Shown here piece after piece: positions 1 to 9,976 of a DNA stretch of 51,093 nt (the first letter of the stretch is position 1; every line of letters begins with the position of its first letter). The DNA is from Elusimicrobiota bacterium. Its GTDB lineage: Bacteria; Elusimicrobiota; Elusimicrobia; Elusimicrobiales; UBA9959. Below the pieces are notes generated by a model, which saw only the letters and a program-made list of their open reading frames with translations, did no database searches and was not told the origin of the DNA. Position numbers and translations under genes: made by a program. The stretch is taken from NCBI GenBank assembly GCA_030651035.1, contig JAUSCK010000042.1, forward strand, positions 1 to 51,093, written 5' to 3'.

Positions 1-594
1 GTAAGCATCACGGCACTGTCCGTGCTGTTCAACGCCATGGCCGCTTACGCCTTCGCCAAGCTCAGGTTCCCCGGCCGGGAAAAGCTGTTCGCCCTGCTGC
101 TGGTCACCATGATGGTCCCGGGCCAGGTCACGATGCTGCCGGTATTCCTTATCCTTAAATCCATGGGCCTGCTAAATTCCTACGCCGGGCTTGTGATCCC
201 CGGCTCGGCCGCGGTCTTCGCCATCTTCATGATACGCCAGTTCATGATGGAGATCCCTGAAGAGATCCTCGAGGCGGCCCGCATAGACGGCTTCTCGGAG
301 TTCGCTATTTTCTGGCGCATCATGCTGCCGCTGTGCAGGCCGATAATCGCCACGCTGACCGTGTTCAGCTTCATAGGCGCGTGGAACGATTTCCTGTGGC
401 CGCTGATCATCATGCTGCGCGAGGACAAGTACACGCTGCCCGTGGCTTTGGCCAGCGTGAACGGGCAGTATAACACCGACTGGGGCCTGCTGATGGCGGG
501 CGCCGTGGTGGTGGTGGTGCCGGCGGTCATCATCTTCCTGATGGCGCAAAAACATTATATAAAGGGCATAGCCGCGGGCGCGGTTAAAGGCTGA
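1..594 (+). CDS. carbohydrate ABC transporter permease (MalG-like), 5'-truncated by window edge
   Basis: EAA loop (EILEAARIDG), AWNDFLWPLI and C-terminal GAVKG motifs; hydrophobic helices; frame open from base 1. Confidence 0.93.
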   Translation, partial: VSITALSVLFNAMAAYAFAKLRFPGREKLFALLLVTMMVPGQVTMLPVFLILKSMGLLNSYAGLVIPGSAAVFAIFMIRQFMMEIPEEILEAARIDGFSEFAIFWRIMLPLCRPIIATLTVFSFIGAWNDFLWPLIIMLREDKYTLPVALASVNGQYNTDWGLLMAGAVVVVVPAVIIFLMAQKHYIKGIAAGAVKG

Positions 595-597
595 ACG

Positions 598-2946
598 ATG
601 CTTAAAAACAAATACGGTCATTTTTCCGACGGCGGAGCTTCCTACACCGTCACCGACTGGCGCACCCCCAGGCCCTGGATAAACGTTATCTCCAACGGCC
701 AGTGGGGCGTGACCGTTTCACAGGCCGGGGGGGGCTACTCCTGGCTCGAGCATTCCATGCTCAACCGCATCACCCGCTGGCAGCAGGACACCGTGGGCGA
801 CCATTGCGGCAAATTCCTGCTGCTGCGCGATAACGATACCGGGCGCTCCTGGTCGATAACGCCGCAGCCGCTCAAGCCGGCCTTCCAGAAATACAGCTGC
901 GTCCACGGGATGGGCTATACGGTTTTCAACACCCAGGCCTTCGGAATAGAAGCGGAATGGACCATCTTCGTGCCCCAGGACATGAAGTGCGAAGTCTGGA
1001 CGCTGAAGCTGAAAAACGTTTCCGGGAAAAAGCGCAATATCTCGCTCGTCAGCTACCTCGAGCTGCTGCTGGGAGTATTTCCCGACTGGCACCGGGAATT
1101 CCACAATCTTTTCGTAAAGACCAGCTTCGATAAAAAGAACAACGCCATACTGGCCGACTCCAACCTGTGGACAGCGCCGCTGCCGGGCGACGCGGGCTGG
1201 AACAAGGGCTGGCCGTTCACGGCCGTTTTCGCCTCCAGCGCCAAACCGTCCTCTTTCACCTGCGACAAGGAAGAGATCTTCGGCGCGTATAACTCCTGGC
1301 ACGACGCCCGCTTCCTGAAAGAGGGCGGCTCTTTGTCCGGCAGGGTGGGCATGGGCTTCGAGCCTGTGGTCTCAATGAAGTTCGACCTAGAGCTTGCCGC
1401 CGGAGCCTCGAAAGATATCAATTTCATGCTGGGCGCGCTGAAGCACGACACTTTCAAAAAAGACTATCCCGCGTACATGAAAGCCTTGAAGAAACCCCAG
1501 GCGCTGCTGGCTGGAACCAGGGAACATTGGCTTGAGCTGTGCAACAGGTTCAAGGTGAAGACGCCCGAGCCCGCCGTGGACGCCCTGATAAATTACTGGC
1601 TGAAATACCAGACCATCTCCTGCCGCCTGCTGGGCCGGACGGCCTACTACCAGTGCGGCGGCGCGTTCGGCTTCAGGGACCAGCTGCAGGACAGCCAGCT
1701 CTACCTGGTCCTGGACCCGGCCAAGACCAAAGCGCAGATAAAAGAACATTCCACCCACCAGAAGAAAGACGGGACCGTGCAGCACTGGTGGCATCCGATC
1801 TCGGAGGAAGGGCGTTTCACCGACATCTCCGACGATCTGCTGTGGCTGCCGTTCGTAGTGGCCGGCTATCTGCAGGAGACGGATGATTACGGCATCCTCA
1901 AAGAAAAAGCCGCCTACTACGACGGAGGCTCCGGCACCATTTACGAGCATTGCCTGGCTTCTATAGAGCGCGTCCTTAAGCGCCTGAGCCCGCGCGGGCT
2001 TACGCTTATGGGCGAAGGGGACTGGAACGACGGGCTGAACGGCGTCGGCGTAAATTGGAAGGGCGAGTCCGTCTGGCTGGCGCAGTTCTTCGTGCACGTG
2101 CTTAATTCCTTCACTGAAATTTGCGCCAAGGCTGATAAAGGCAACAAGCTGGCCCCGCACTTTGGCCCTTTCGGAAAAAGTGCGGGGCGGGCCGCGCGCT
2201 ACAGGCTCGAGTCGGAGAAGCTGAAGAAAGCCCTGATGAAACACGCTTTTAAGGGCGACCGGTTCATGCTCGCCACAAAAGACAGCGGAGAGGTGCTGGG
2301 CGCAGAATCCTGCAGACAGGGTAAGATCCACCTCAATCCCCAGACCTGGGCGGTGATAAGCGGCGTGGTGGAAGGCGCGCAGGCCAAAAAACTGCTTGCG
2401 GTCACCGAAAAGCGGCTTTACCGCGATTACGGCGTGCTGCTGTTCACTCCGGCCTATTCGGTGGTGGACAAGAATATCGGCTACCTCACCCGCTACGCCC
2501 CCGGCATACGTGAGAACGGCGGCGTCTACACCCACGCGGCCACCTGGGCCATCTGGGCGCAGGCGCTGGCCGGCAATACCGCTAAAGTTTACGATACCGT
2601 GGCCCGGCTGTGCCCGCCGCTGCTGTCAATGAAAGACGCCGACAGATACAAAGGCGAGCCTTATGTGACCCCCGGCAATATAGAAGGCCCCGAATCCATC
2701 CACGAAGGCAAGGGCGCCTGGACCTGGTACAGCGGCTCTTCCGCCTGGCTGTTCAAGTGCATAACGGAGCGGTTGCTGGGCGTGCGCGTCGAGAACGGCA
2801 AGATCGTAGTGGACCCCAAACTGCCCGCGCACTGGGACGGCTTCACTATGGAGCGGCTGGTGCGCGGCAAGCGGACACGCATTACCGTAGGCAAACCCGC
2901 AGGCATAGTGACCGACAACTATAAGATCAAAACGGAGCTCCTGTGA
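598..2946 (+). CDS. GH94 glycoside phosphorylase (cellobiose/chitobiose phosphorylase-like)
   Basis: TPRPWINVISN, GFRDQLQD, catalytic GDWNDG, ENGGVYTH, W.SGSSAW motifs; 782 aa. Confidence 0.9.
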   Translation: MLKNKYGHFSDGGASYTVTDWRTPRPWINVISNGQWGVTVSQAGGGYSWLEHSMLNRITRWQQDTVGDHCGKFLLLRDNDTGRSWSITPQPLKPAFQKYSCVHGMGYTVFNTQAFGIEAEWTIFVPQDMKCEVWTLKLKNVSGKKRNISLVSYLELLLGVFPDWHREFHNLFVKTSFDKKNNAILADSNLWTAPLPGDAGWNKGWPFTAVFASSAKPSSFTCDKEEIFGAYNSWHDARFLKEGGSLSGRVGMGFEPVVSMKFDLELAAGASKDINFMLGALKHDTFKKDYPAYMKALKKPQALLAGTREHWLELCNRFKVKTPEPAVDALINYWLKYQTISCRLLGRTAYYQCGGAFGFRDQLQDSQLYLVLDPAKTKAQIKEHSTHQKKDGTVQHWWHPISEEGRFTDISDDLLWLPFVVAGYLQETDDYGILKEKAAYYDGGSGTIYEHCLASIERVLKRLSPRGLTLMGEGDWNDGLNGVGVNWKGESVWLAQFFVHVLNSFTEICAKADKGNKLAPHFGPFGKSAGRAARYRLESEKLKKALMKHAFKGDRFMLATKDSGEVLGAESCRQGKIHLNPQTWAVISGVVEGAQAKKLLAVTEKRLYRDYGVLLFTPAYSVVDKNIGYLTRYAPGIRENGGVYTHAATWAIWAQALAGNTAKVYDTVARLCPPLLSMKDADRYKGEPYVTPGNIEGPESIHEGKGAWTWYSGSSAWLFKCITERLLGVRVENGKIVVDPKLPAHWDGFTMERLVRGKRTRITVGKPAGIVTDNYKIKTELL
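2152..2188. repeat. intragenic palindromic element, copy A (inside GH94)
   Basis: GCCCCGCACTTT-GGCCCTTTCGGAA-AAAGTGCGGGGC; translated as APHFGPFGKSAG. Confidence 0.85.
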
Positions 2947-5315
2947 AACCTTTAACCATCCCCGAAATGCGCGGCGGGAATTTCATCCTGAACGGCAAGC
3001 CGGTTTTTATTTACTCCGGAGAATTCCATTACTTCAGGTGCGACCCCAAAGACTGGCCCGAGAGGCTGGCAAGGGCCAAAGAAGCCGGCCTCAACGCCGT
3101 GGCCTCCTACATACCCTGGCGCTGGCACGAGGTGAAAGAAGGGGCTTTCGATTTCACCGGAAAAACGCACCCGCGCAGGAACCTCGTTGAATTTCTGCGC
3201 CTGGTCTCCGAAAGCGGCCTCTATTTTATTCCGCGCATCGGCCCGGTCTCGAACGGGGAAATGATGAACGAAGGGCTGCCCGACTGGCTGTCGGAGAAAT
3301 ACCCCGGGGTATTCCTGGCCGCCAACGAGGGAAAAACCATACACCACCAGTCGCCGCCCGCCTATAACAGCCCGCAATTCCTTGCCAAGGTGCAGGCCTG
3401 GTACGAAAAGCTGGTCCCGCTGCTTACCGCGTCGCAATACCCGGCCGGGAACATACCTTTTTTCCAGCTCTGCAACGAAATCGGCATGATAAACTGGCTG
3501 GGCAAGATCGGCGATTACGCGCCCTATTCCGACAGGATGTACCGGGACTTCCTTAAGAAAAGATACGGCAGCATTGGCAAGCTCAATTCGGCATATAGCA
3601 CTGCCCATAAGGGCTTCCCCGAGATCAGGCAGCCCGCCAACAAGCTTGAGGAAGGGAACCTGCGCTGCCTGCTGGACTGGGGGGACTACTACAAGGAATA
3701 TTACGCCGTTTATTTCGCGAAACTCCATTCCATGGCGAGGAAGCTCGGCGTCCGGACACCCGTGCTGGCCAATATCCCGCAGTTCTACGACTATGACCTG
3801 CGCGGCCGCGGCATCTACTCCCCGACCACAACGATAAAGTTCGGCAAGTTCGCCGAGAAAGTCCCAGGCGTCATTTTCGGGGGCGCGTACCAGATGCGCC
3901 GCCTGGATTACGAGAACTTCCACGACATAGCCATCACCACCGCCGTGGTGAAGAGCATAACCCCGGAAGGTTCGCCCGTCGTCTGCGCCGAGCTTCAGAC
4001 CGGCGTCTTAAGCGACAAGCCCAGGCTTTACCCTGCCGACGTCGAGCTTAACCTGAAAACCACCTTCATGAGCGGCGTTAACGGTCTGAACTGCTACATG
4101 TTCGCCGGCGGAACAAATGAAGGAGGCGTGGGCCAGTTCGGCCTTTACCACGAGTGGCAGGCCCCGGTGGCCTCCGACGGCCGGCTGCGCAGCCATTTCA
4201 GGAGCCTGGCTAAGTTCGGAGAATTTATTAACGGGATAGGCGCCTCCGCCGCGGCCATGCCGCCGGCCGCCGACCTGGACCTCGGGTTCTACGGCGAGTA
4301 CTACAATACCGAATACCTCGACGGCCCGATGGCCGACAAGATGTTCGCGGTCAGGAACGAATTCTTCTTCGACGGGCTCGCCCGCCAGGCATACCTGGCA
4401 GGATACCAGACCGGCCTGGTAGACATAAAGAATAGCCCGTCAATAAAAGCCCCGGCGCTGGCGGTTTTTTCTACCATGTTCATGGACGCGGCATCCCAGC
4501 ACAAGCTCTTTGACTATGTGAACAAGGGGGGGAAACTGCTTTTTTGCGGTGAGAGCCTCCTTATGAACGAAGGCGGGAAGCCCTGCTCTCCTTTCCTTGA
4601 CTCACTCGGGCTTAAGGCTGAAAAGATCGGGAAGGTCCGCACCGTGGAATTCCTCGGAAGGGAAACCTACCTGCACAACCAGGATATCAACACTTTCAGC
4701 GGCCTGCTGCACGACGACAAGGTTATAGCCGTTTATAAAGGCAAGCCGTGCGGGATAGTGCGCCTGGTGGGCAAAGGCGCCTTGTGCCTTTTAGGCTTCC
4801 ACTTCTCCGACAAGTTCGATTATTTCAAGCCGGCCTTCGACGATGTCTGCCGCGAGCTGGGAGTGAAAAAGAGCGTCAGCACCGGCGGCTACGATCTTAT
4901 AACCATGCTGCGCCGGGACAAGGATTCCGGGTTCCTGCTCATAGCGAATTACCACGACGACGTGACCCCGGGACGGATCGCCGTCGAGCTTGACGGTGAC
5001 AAGCTAGAATTCCCGCTGCTGATGAGGAACAGGTCCGCCGTTATCGTCCCGCTGCATTACAAGCTGAAAACCGGAAGCGTGATCCGCTACGCCACCTGCG
5101 AGATCACCTCGGTTAACTACCTGAGCCAGGGGATGGAGCTCAGCTACAATACGGCATCGGTGGAAAGGGATGTGATAGAGCTCACGGCAATGAGCGTCTC
5201 CTCCGTCACCGCTGAAGGAGCCAAGGTCGGCGTACACGGTCATGACGCCGGCGTAACGCTCAAAATACGGCACAAGCCCGGCAGCACCGGCGGGAAACTG
5301 ACGATCTACTATTGA
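2943..5315 (+). CDS. GH35-family glycosidase with GH42-like C-terminal domains (beta-galactosidase / GlmA-like architecture)
   Basis: SGEFHYFR, GLNAVASYIPW, RIGP...E...GLPDWL, acid/base QLCNE, ELQTG; GTG start overlaps upstream stop. Confidence 0.8.
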   Translation: MKPLTIPEMRGGNFILNGKPVFIYSGEFHYFRCDPKDWPERLARAKEAGLNAVASYIPWRWHEVKEGAFDFTGKTHPRRNLVEFLRLVSESGLYFIPRIGPVSNGEMMNEGLPDWLSEKYPGVFLAANEGKTIHHQSPPAYNSPQFLAKVQAWYEKLVPLLTASQYPAGNIPFFQLCNEIGMINWLGKIGDYAPYSDRMYRDFLKKRYGSIGKLNSAYSTAHKGFPEIRQPANKLEEGNLRCLLDWGDYYKEYYAVYFAKLHSMARKLGVRTPVLANIPQFYDYDLRGRGIYSPTTTIKFGKFAEKVPGVIFGGAYQMRRLDYENFHDIAITTAVVKSITPEGSPVVCAELQTGVLSDKPRLYPADVELNLKTTFMSGVNGLNCYMFAGGTNEGGVGQFGLYHEWQAPVASDGRLRSHFRSLAKFGEFINGIGASAAAMPPAADLDLGFYGEYYNTEYLDGPMADKMFAVRNEFFFDGLARQAYLAGYQTGLVDIKNSPSIKAPALAVFSTMFMDAASQHKLFDYVNKGGKLLFCGESLLMNEGGKPCSPFLDSLGLKAEKIGKVRTVEFLGRETYLHNQDINTFSGLLHDDKVIAVYKGKPCGIVRLVGKGALCLLGFHFSDKFDYFKPAFDDVCRELGVKKSVSTGGYDLITMLRRDKDSGFLLIANYHDDVTPGRIAVELDGDKLEFPLLMRNRSAVIVPLHYKLKTGSVIRYATCEITSVNYLSQGMELSYNTASVERDVIELTAMSVSSVTAEGAKVGVHGHDAGVTLKIRHKPGSTGGKLTIYY

Positions 5316-5326
5316 GAGGATACTTT

Positions 5327-6391
5327 ATGGCTGAAGTTGAATTGACTAACATTTCCAAGACTTTCGACGGGGCTCCGCGCCCGGTCCTGCATGACATTTC
5401 GTTTACGGTCAAAGACACCGAGTTCGTTTCGCTGCTGGGCCCTTCCGGCTGCGGGAAAACCACCCTGCTGAGGATAATAGCCGGGCTGGAGGAGCAGACC
5501 GCCGGCAATGTTTCCATAGGCGCCCTCGACATGACCCGGGTAGCCCCGCGCGACAGGGACATGGCTTTCGTGTTCCAGAACTACGCGCTCTACCCGCATT
5601 TTTCGGTGGAAGATAATATCTCGCTCGGGCTCAGGCTGAGGAAAATACCCGGGCCCGAGATCGAGACCAGGGTGAAAGCCACTACCGAAATGCTCGGCCT
5701 CGAGGCGCTGCTGGAGCGCAAGCCGCGCGCGCTGAGCGGCGGACAGCGGCAGAGGGTCGCGCTGGCCCGCGCGCTGGTGCGCAACCCTAAAGTCTTCCTG
5801 CTCGACGAGCCGCTCAGCAACCTGGACGCCAAGCTGCGGGACAAGACCCGGGGGGAGCTCAGGCTGCTTTTCAAGAAAGTGAAGGGCACGGTCATCTATG
5901 TCACCCACGACCAGATAGAGGCTATGACCATGTCCGACAAAATAGTGATACTGCAGGAGGGGAAGATACAGCAGGTGGGCACCCCGAACGAGATCTACGA
6001 GAAGCCGGCCAATATCTTCGTCGCCACCTTTATCGGGACGCCGCAGATGAATATCCTGACAAAAAAGGAAATGCAGGCGATGGGCTGCGCCCTGACCGGC
6101 GCGGAGGCCGGCCTGGAAGACCTTACCTGCGGGATACGCCCCGAAGACCTGGAAGCGTCCGCAGAGCCGCGCCAGGGCTGGGTAGAGGCTGCGGTGGACC
6201 TGTGCGAGCCTACCGGTGCGCTTACTACGCTTACCCTTTCTGCCGCCGGAACCACGCTACGCTGCTCTACCACGCTGAAATGGCCGCTGACCCAGACCCG
6301 CGCCTGGTTCACTTTTAAACGCGAGCATATGCATTTCTTCAGCTCCGCCGAAGGCACCCGGATAAATTATTCACATGGATATACAGGATAG
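5327..6391 (+). CDS. sugar ABC transporter ATP-binding protein (MalK/UgpC family)
   Basis: GPSGCGKTT, VFQNYALYPH, LSGGQRQR, LLDEPLSNLDA, YVTHDQ; GAGAGG RBS before ATG 5327. Confidence 0.95.
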   Translation: MAEVELTNISKTFDGAPRPVLHDISFTVKDTEFVSLLGPSGCGKTTLLRIIAGLEEQTAGNVSIGALDMTRVAPRDRDMAFVFQNYALYPHFSVEDNISLGLRLRKIPGPEIETRVKATTEMLGLEALLERKPRALSGGQRQRVALARALVRNPKVFLLDEPLSNLDAKLRDKTRGELRLLFKKVKGTVIYVTHDQIEAMTMSDKIVILQEGKIQQVGTPNEIYEKPANIFVATFIGTPQMNILTKKEMQAMGCALTGAEAGLEDLTCGIRPEDLEASAEPRQGWVEAAVDLCEPTGALTTLTLSAAGTTLRCSTTLKWPLTQTRAWFTFKREHMHFFSSAEGTRINYSHGYTG

Positions 6392-6440
6392 ACAGGATAA
6401 AGAAAAGTAAAATCCTGTATATCCTGTCCATCCATGTTAA
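6370..6440. repeat. REP-like palindrome built of ACAGGAT/ATCCTGT units with ~9-nt period
   Basis: ACATGGAT.ATACAGGATAGACAGGAT ... ATCCTGTATATCCTGTCCATCCATGT; overlaps the ABC ATPase stop codon. Confidence 0.75.
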
Positions 6441-6525
6441 AACTCTTAGCTCCTGGTTTATAAATTAATTATAAAATTTAAGCGCGGGATGCATAGATGG
6501 CTATTTTTCAGACTATGGACAACAA

Positions 6526-7560
6526 ATGACACAACCGGATATCAGGGATTTCACAAGGCAGGAACTGGCGGGGACGCTGATCTCGCTCGGCGAAAAAGGG
6601 TCACGGGTCGACAAGGTCTTCAACTTCCTGTACAGGAAGGGCGCTGAAAGTTTCGACGTCATGGCCGGCGTACAGGAAGGGCTTAAAACCAGGCTGGCCG
6701 CCCTATATTCCCTCGCGCCGGCTCCCGCGATAGAAAAACGGGTCTCGGCAATAGATAAAACGACCAAGCTGCTTTTCACGTTCCCCGACGGCGCAAAGGC
6801 CGAGAGCGTGGTCCTGTTCAATAAAAAAACTATCTCGGCCTGCATCTCCTCCCAGTCCGGCTGCGCCTGCGGCTGCACCTTTTGCGCCACAGGCGGACTC
6901 GGGTTCAAACGCGACCTCAGGCCGCACGAGATACTGGCGCAGTTCGCGGCGTGCCGGCGGGAGGCCGGCAGGACGCTGGACAGCGTGCTGTTCATGGGGA
7001 TGGGGGAACCTTTTTTAAACTGGGCGAACGTCAAAAAGAGCGTCCTGATCCTTTCCGACAACAAGGGCTATAATTTTCCGCAGACAAGGATAACGGTCTC
7101 AACGGTGGGCGTAGTTCCCGTAATAAGGGAGCTGGCCGAGTCGCGCCTTGAAATAAGGCTGGCGATATCGCTCATAACCGCCGACGAGAAGCAGCGCGCG
7201 GAGCTGACGCCCATGGCTAAAAGATATTCTTTGCGCGAGATCATAGGGGCCGCGCGGTATTACACCGACAGGACGAAGAAAATGGTCTTTTTAGAGTACA
7301 TCGTCTTCGACGGGCTGAACGATTCGCCGCAGGACGCCCGGAAGCTCCTCGCCCTGGTAAAAGACGTGCCCTGCAAAGTGAATCTCATAATGTACAACCC
7401 GGCGGGGGGAGCGGCTTTCACTCCGGGCCGTTTTGAAAAGGGAAAAGAGTTCCAGAACATCATGGTGGAGGCCGGGATACGGACGCACATGCGCCGTGAA
7501 AAAGGCACCGACATCGCCGCCGCCTGCGGCCAGCTCGCGGCCGGCCCGGAAGCGTCCTGA
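6526..7560 (+). CDS. rlmN: 23S rRNA (adenine(2503)-C2)-methyltransferase RlmN
   Basis: SSQSGCACGCTFCATG radical-SAM motif, MGMGEP, C-terminal AACGQL. Confidence 0.9.
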   Translation: MTQPDIRDFTRQELAGTLISLGEKGSRVDKVFNFLYRKGAESFDVMAGVQEGLKTRLAALYSLAPAPAIEKRVSAIDKTTKLLFTFPDGAKAESVVLFNKKTISACISSQSGCACGCTFCATGGLGFKRDLRPHEILAQFAACRREAGRTLDSVLFMGMGEPFLNWANVKKSVLILSDNKGYNFPQTRITVSTVGVVPVIRELAESRLEIRLAISLITADEKQRAELTPMAKRYSLREIIGAARYYTDRTKKMVFLEYIVFDGLNDSPQDARKLLALVKDVPCKVNLIMYNPAGGAAFTPGRFEKGKEFQNIMVEAGIRTHMRREKGTDIAAACGQLAAGPEAS

Positions 7561-7654
7561 ACCCGGTCTCACGCCGGCCCTGAACACAAATTATTGCCGC
7601 AAATATATATTTGTGCGGCTCAACAGCCTTAACCGTCCGGCTTTCACCGTATAA

Positions 7655-8815
7655 ATGGAACTATCCGAAGACCAGCAAAAGGCGCTTGTAAAGCTCCTGT
7701 CATGGTACAAAGGCCCCGGCAGGAACCGGTTCATTACCCTCGGCGGGTACGCGGGCACCGGCAAGACCACCCTCATCTCCATTTTCAAGAACGAACTGGC
7801 CAAGGCGGAGAAGGGAATTAAAATAGCTTTCTGCAGCTACACCGGCCGCGCCGCGCAGAACCTCAGGAACAAGCTGAAGGAGGCCGGCGCCCTGTGCGCC
7901 AGGGATTCCGTCAGCACCATCCACGGCCTTATCTATACGCCCAGGGAGGACTCCGGCGGGCAGATCGCGGGCTGGGAACGGAAGGACGAGCTGGAGCGCG
8001 ACCTGATCATTGTCGACGAGGCGTCCATGGTGGACGGGCTTATCTGGGGGGACCTGCTTTCTTACGACATACCGATAATAGCGGTCGGGGACCACGGCCA
8101 GCTCCCGCCGATCTCCGGGAAGTTCAATTTAATGGAAGCCCCGGAGATCTTATTGACGCAGATCCACCGGCAGGCCAAAGACAACCCGATAATCAAGGTT
8201 TCCGAATACGCCAGGACCACCGGGCTGGTGCCGGCGAAGAAATACGGGGCCGGCGTGGTGAAATATCTGAAGGAAGACTCCGACGCGCAGGAGAAGACGG
8301 CGGAACTGCTGGAGGCTTATTCAGCCGACACTTTGATCCTGTGCGGCTATAACTCGACGCGGACAAAAATAAATCAGTTCATCCGGGCCTCCCTGGGCTT
8401 TGAAACCCCGGCCCCGGCGCACGGCGACAGGGTTATCTGCCTGCGCAATAACCACGCGAAGGCCGTCTGCAACGGCATGCTGGGGACTATCCTGCACCTC
8501 GCGGCGGCCCGGAAAGACTGGTACAGCGCCGAGATTAAAATGGACGACCGCGAGAAGCCTTACGAGGGGCTTATCTACGCGCCGCAGTTCGGCGCCCGGA
8601 GCGGGATCAATTTCACGAAGGACAGGCAGCTGGCCGCCATGGGCGACCTTTTCGACTTCGGCTACGCCCTGACAGTCCATAAAGCCCAGGGCAGCCAGGC
8701 GAAAAGGGTGGTCATGTTCGAGGAGAGGTTCGCGCAGATGGACGACGAGATGTGGAGGCGCTGGCTGTATACCGGGGTCACCCGCGCCGAAGAGGAACTT
8801 TACCTTTTTGGCTAG
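7655..8815 (+). CDS. SF1B RecD/Dda-like ATP-dependent DNA helicase
   Basis: GYAGTGKTT, DEASM, GDHGQLPP, YALTVHKAQGS, LYTGVTRA. Confidence 0.88.
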   Translation: MELSEDQQKALVKLLSWYKGPGRNRFITLGGYAGTGKTTLISIFKNELAKAEKGIKIAFCSYTGRAAQNLRNKLKEAGALCARDSVSTIHGLIYTPREDSGGQIAGWERKDELERDLIIVDEASMVDGLIWGDLLSYDIPIIAVGDHGQLPPISGKFNLMEAPEILLTQIHRQAKDNPIIKVSEYARTTGLVPAKKYGAGVVKYLKEDSDAQEKTAELLEAYSADTLILCGYNSTRTKINQFIRASLGFETPAPAHGDRVICLRNNHAKAVCNGMLGTILHLAAARKDWYSAEIKMDDREKPYEGLIYAPQFGARSGINFTKDRQLAAMGDLFDFGYALTVHKAQGSQAKRVVMFEERFAQMDDEMWRRWLYTGVTRAEEELYLFG

Positions 8816-8827
8816 GACCGCGGACCG

Positions 8828-9454
8828 CTACTGCATTTTATTTTTACAAGTCTCAGCTGTCTCGTTATCCCGCGAATGGCTGCGCTCAAGTTCCGAGGCC
8901 AGCTCTTCAGGGATCGTCGCAAAAACTTCGCAGTCGGCCGCGGAGCTGCCGCACCGGATAACCAGCTTAGCCTTTATCACGCAGAACACCCGCTTCAGGT
9001 CCGCCACGGCCCCCAGCCCGCCGACCACCCGGGCGGCGTCGCCCTCGATGAACTGCGGAACGCCGGGCATCGCGCCCTTTTTCAAGGCGTTCAGCAGCGA
9101 ATTGAGCAGCGCGTTCAGCACGATATTCCCGAGCTCGAGCAGCATCAGCTCTTCAGCCGGGGTCGTGCTCCCGCCCCTGGGGATCGAGCGCCCGGTAAAG
9201 CCTTTGGAGATGCACTCCATGTCTGACGGGTCGGACAGCATCAGCGCGGTGAGCCCGGCTCCCGGAAGGGTAAAATAAACGGCGGCGGCCGGGTTTTTAA
9301 AATCGTGCCGTTTAACCGCGTCCTCGAGCGTCTCCGCGGAAACCTTTATCTCCGCCGCCTGCCAGGTGGCGGCAGCCCTTGAGAGCCTGCGCAGGCATTT
9401 CTCAAGGCTTGCGGCCGCCAGCCGCTCCAATACACCTTTGGGGTTGGAATTCAT
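8828..9454 (-). CDS. CheC-like phosphatase family protein
   Basis: LLELGNIVLNA (E-x-x-N motif); directly downstream of CheY-like gene. Confidence 0.6.
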   Translation of the reverse strand: MNSNPKGVLERLAAASLEKCLRRLSRAAATWQAAEIKVSAETLEDAVKRHDFKNPAAAVYFTLPGAGLTALMLSDPSDMECISKGFTGRSIPRGGSTTPAEELMLLELGNIVLNALLNSLLNALKKGAMPGVPQFIEGDAARVVGGLGAVADLKRVFCVIKAKLVIRCGSSAADCEVFATIPEELASELERSHSRDNETAETCKNKMQ

Positions 9455-9467
9455 AAATTTTCCCGGG

Positions 9468-9821
9468 TCAGGCGAACTTCTTCATGACTTGTTCAAATTC
9501 CGAATAGGAGAACGGCTTATTCAGCACCGCTATGGCGCCCTTGCCAAGCAGGTCCTGGGTTATCTTGTCCTGCTGGACGGCCGTTACCATGATCACTTTG
9601 GCCGCGGGATCGATGCCCCGTATCTCTTTCAGCACCTCAAGCCCCGTCTTTCCCGGCATGATGAGGTCAAGCAGCACCAGGTCCGGCCGCAGGTCCTTGA
9701 AAAGCACGGCCGCGTCGTTGCCGTTATCAGCCTCGCCCAGCACCTGGTGGCCCATTTGCACCAAAAGGGCGTTCATCAGTTCCCTGGTCATATCGTTATC
9801 GTCCACTATTATCACTTTCAT
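9468..9821 (-). CDS. single-domain CheY-like response regulator
   Basis: IIVDD, PDLVLLDLIMP (phospho-Asp), VIMVTA, NKPF. Confidence 0.92.
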   Translation of the reverse strand: MKVIIVDDNDMTRELMNALLVQMGHQVLGEADNGNDAAVLFKDLRPDLVLLDLIMPGKTGLEVLKEIRGIDPAAKVIMVTAVQQDKITQDLLGKGAIAVLNKPFSYSEFEQVMKKFA

Positions 9822-9976
9822 TAAAATTCCTCTATCGCCGGATAGGAGCTATGCCCGAAGCGGCCGGTGCGCCTCATACAGCTTTCCGGACGCCGAGTTA
9901 TAGAATTATATTATAAAATGACCGCACGGAGTAGCGCGGAACGCAAATTATTGTTGTAAAATATAGCAACTATCAT

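Noticed and set aside
7655-8815. Dda-like helicase as a prophage or defence marker
   Set aside because: No phage or defence genes nearby; codon usage is host-like
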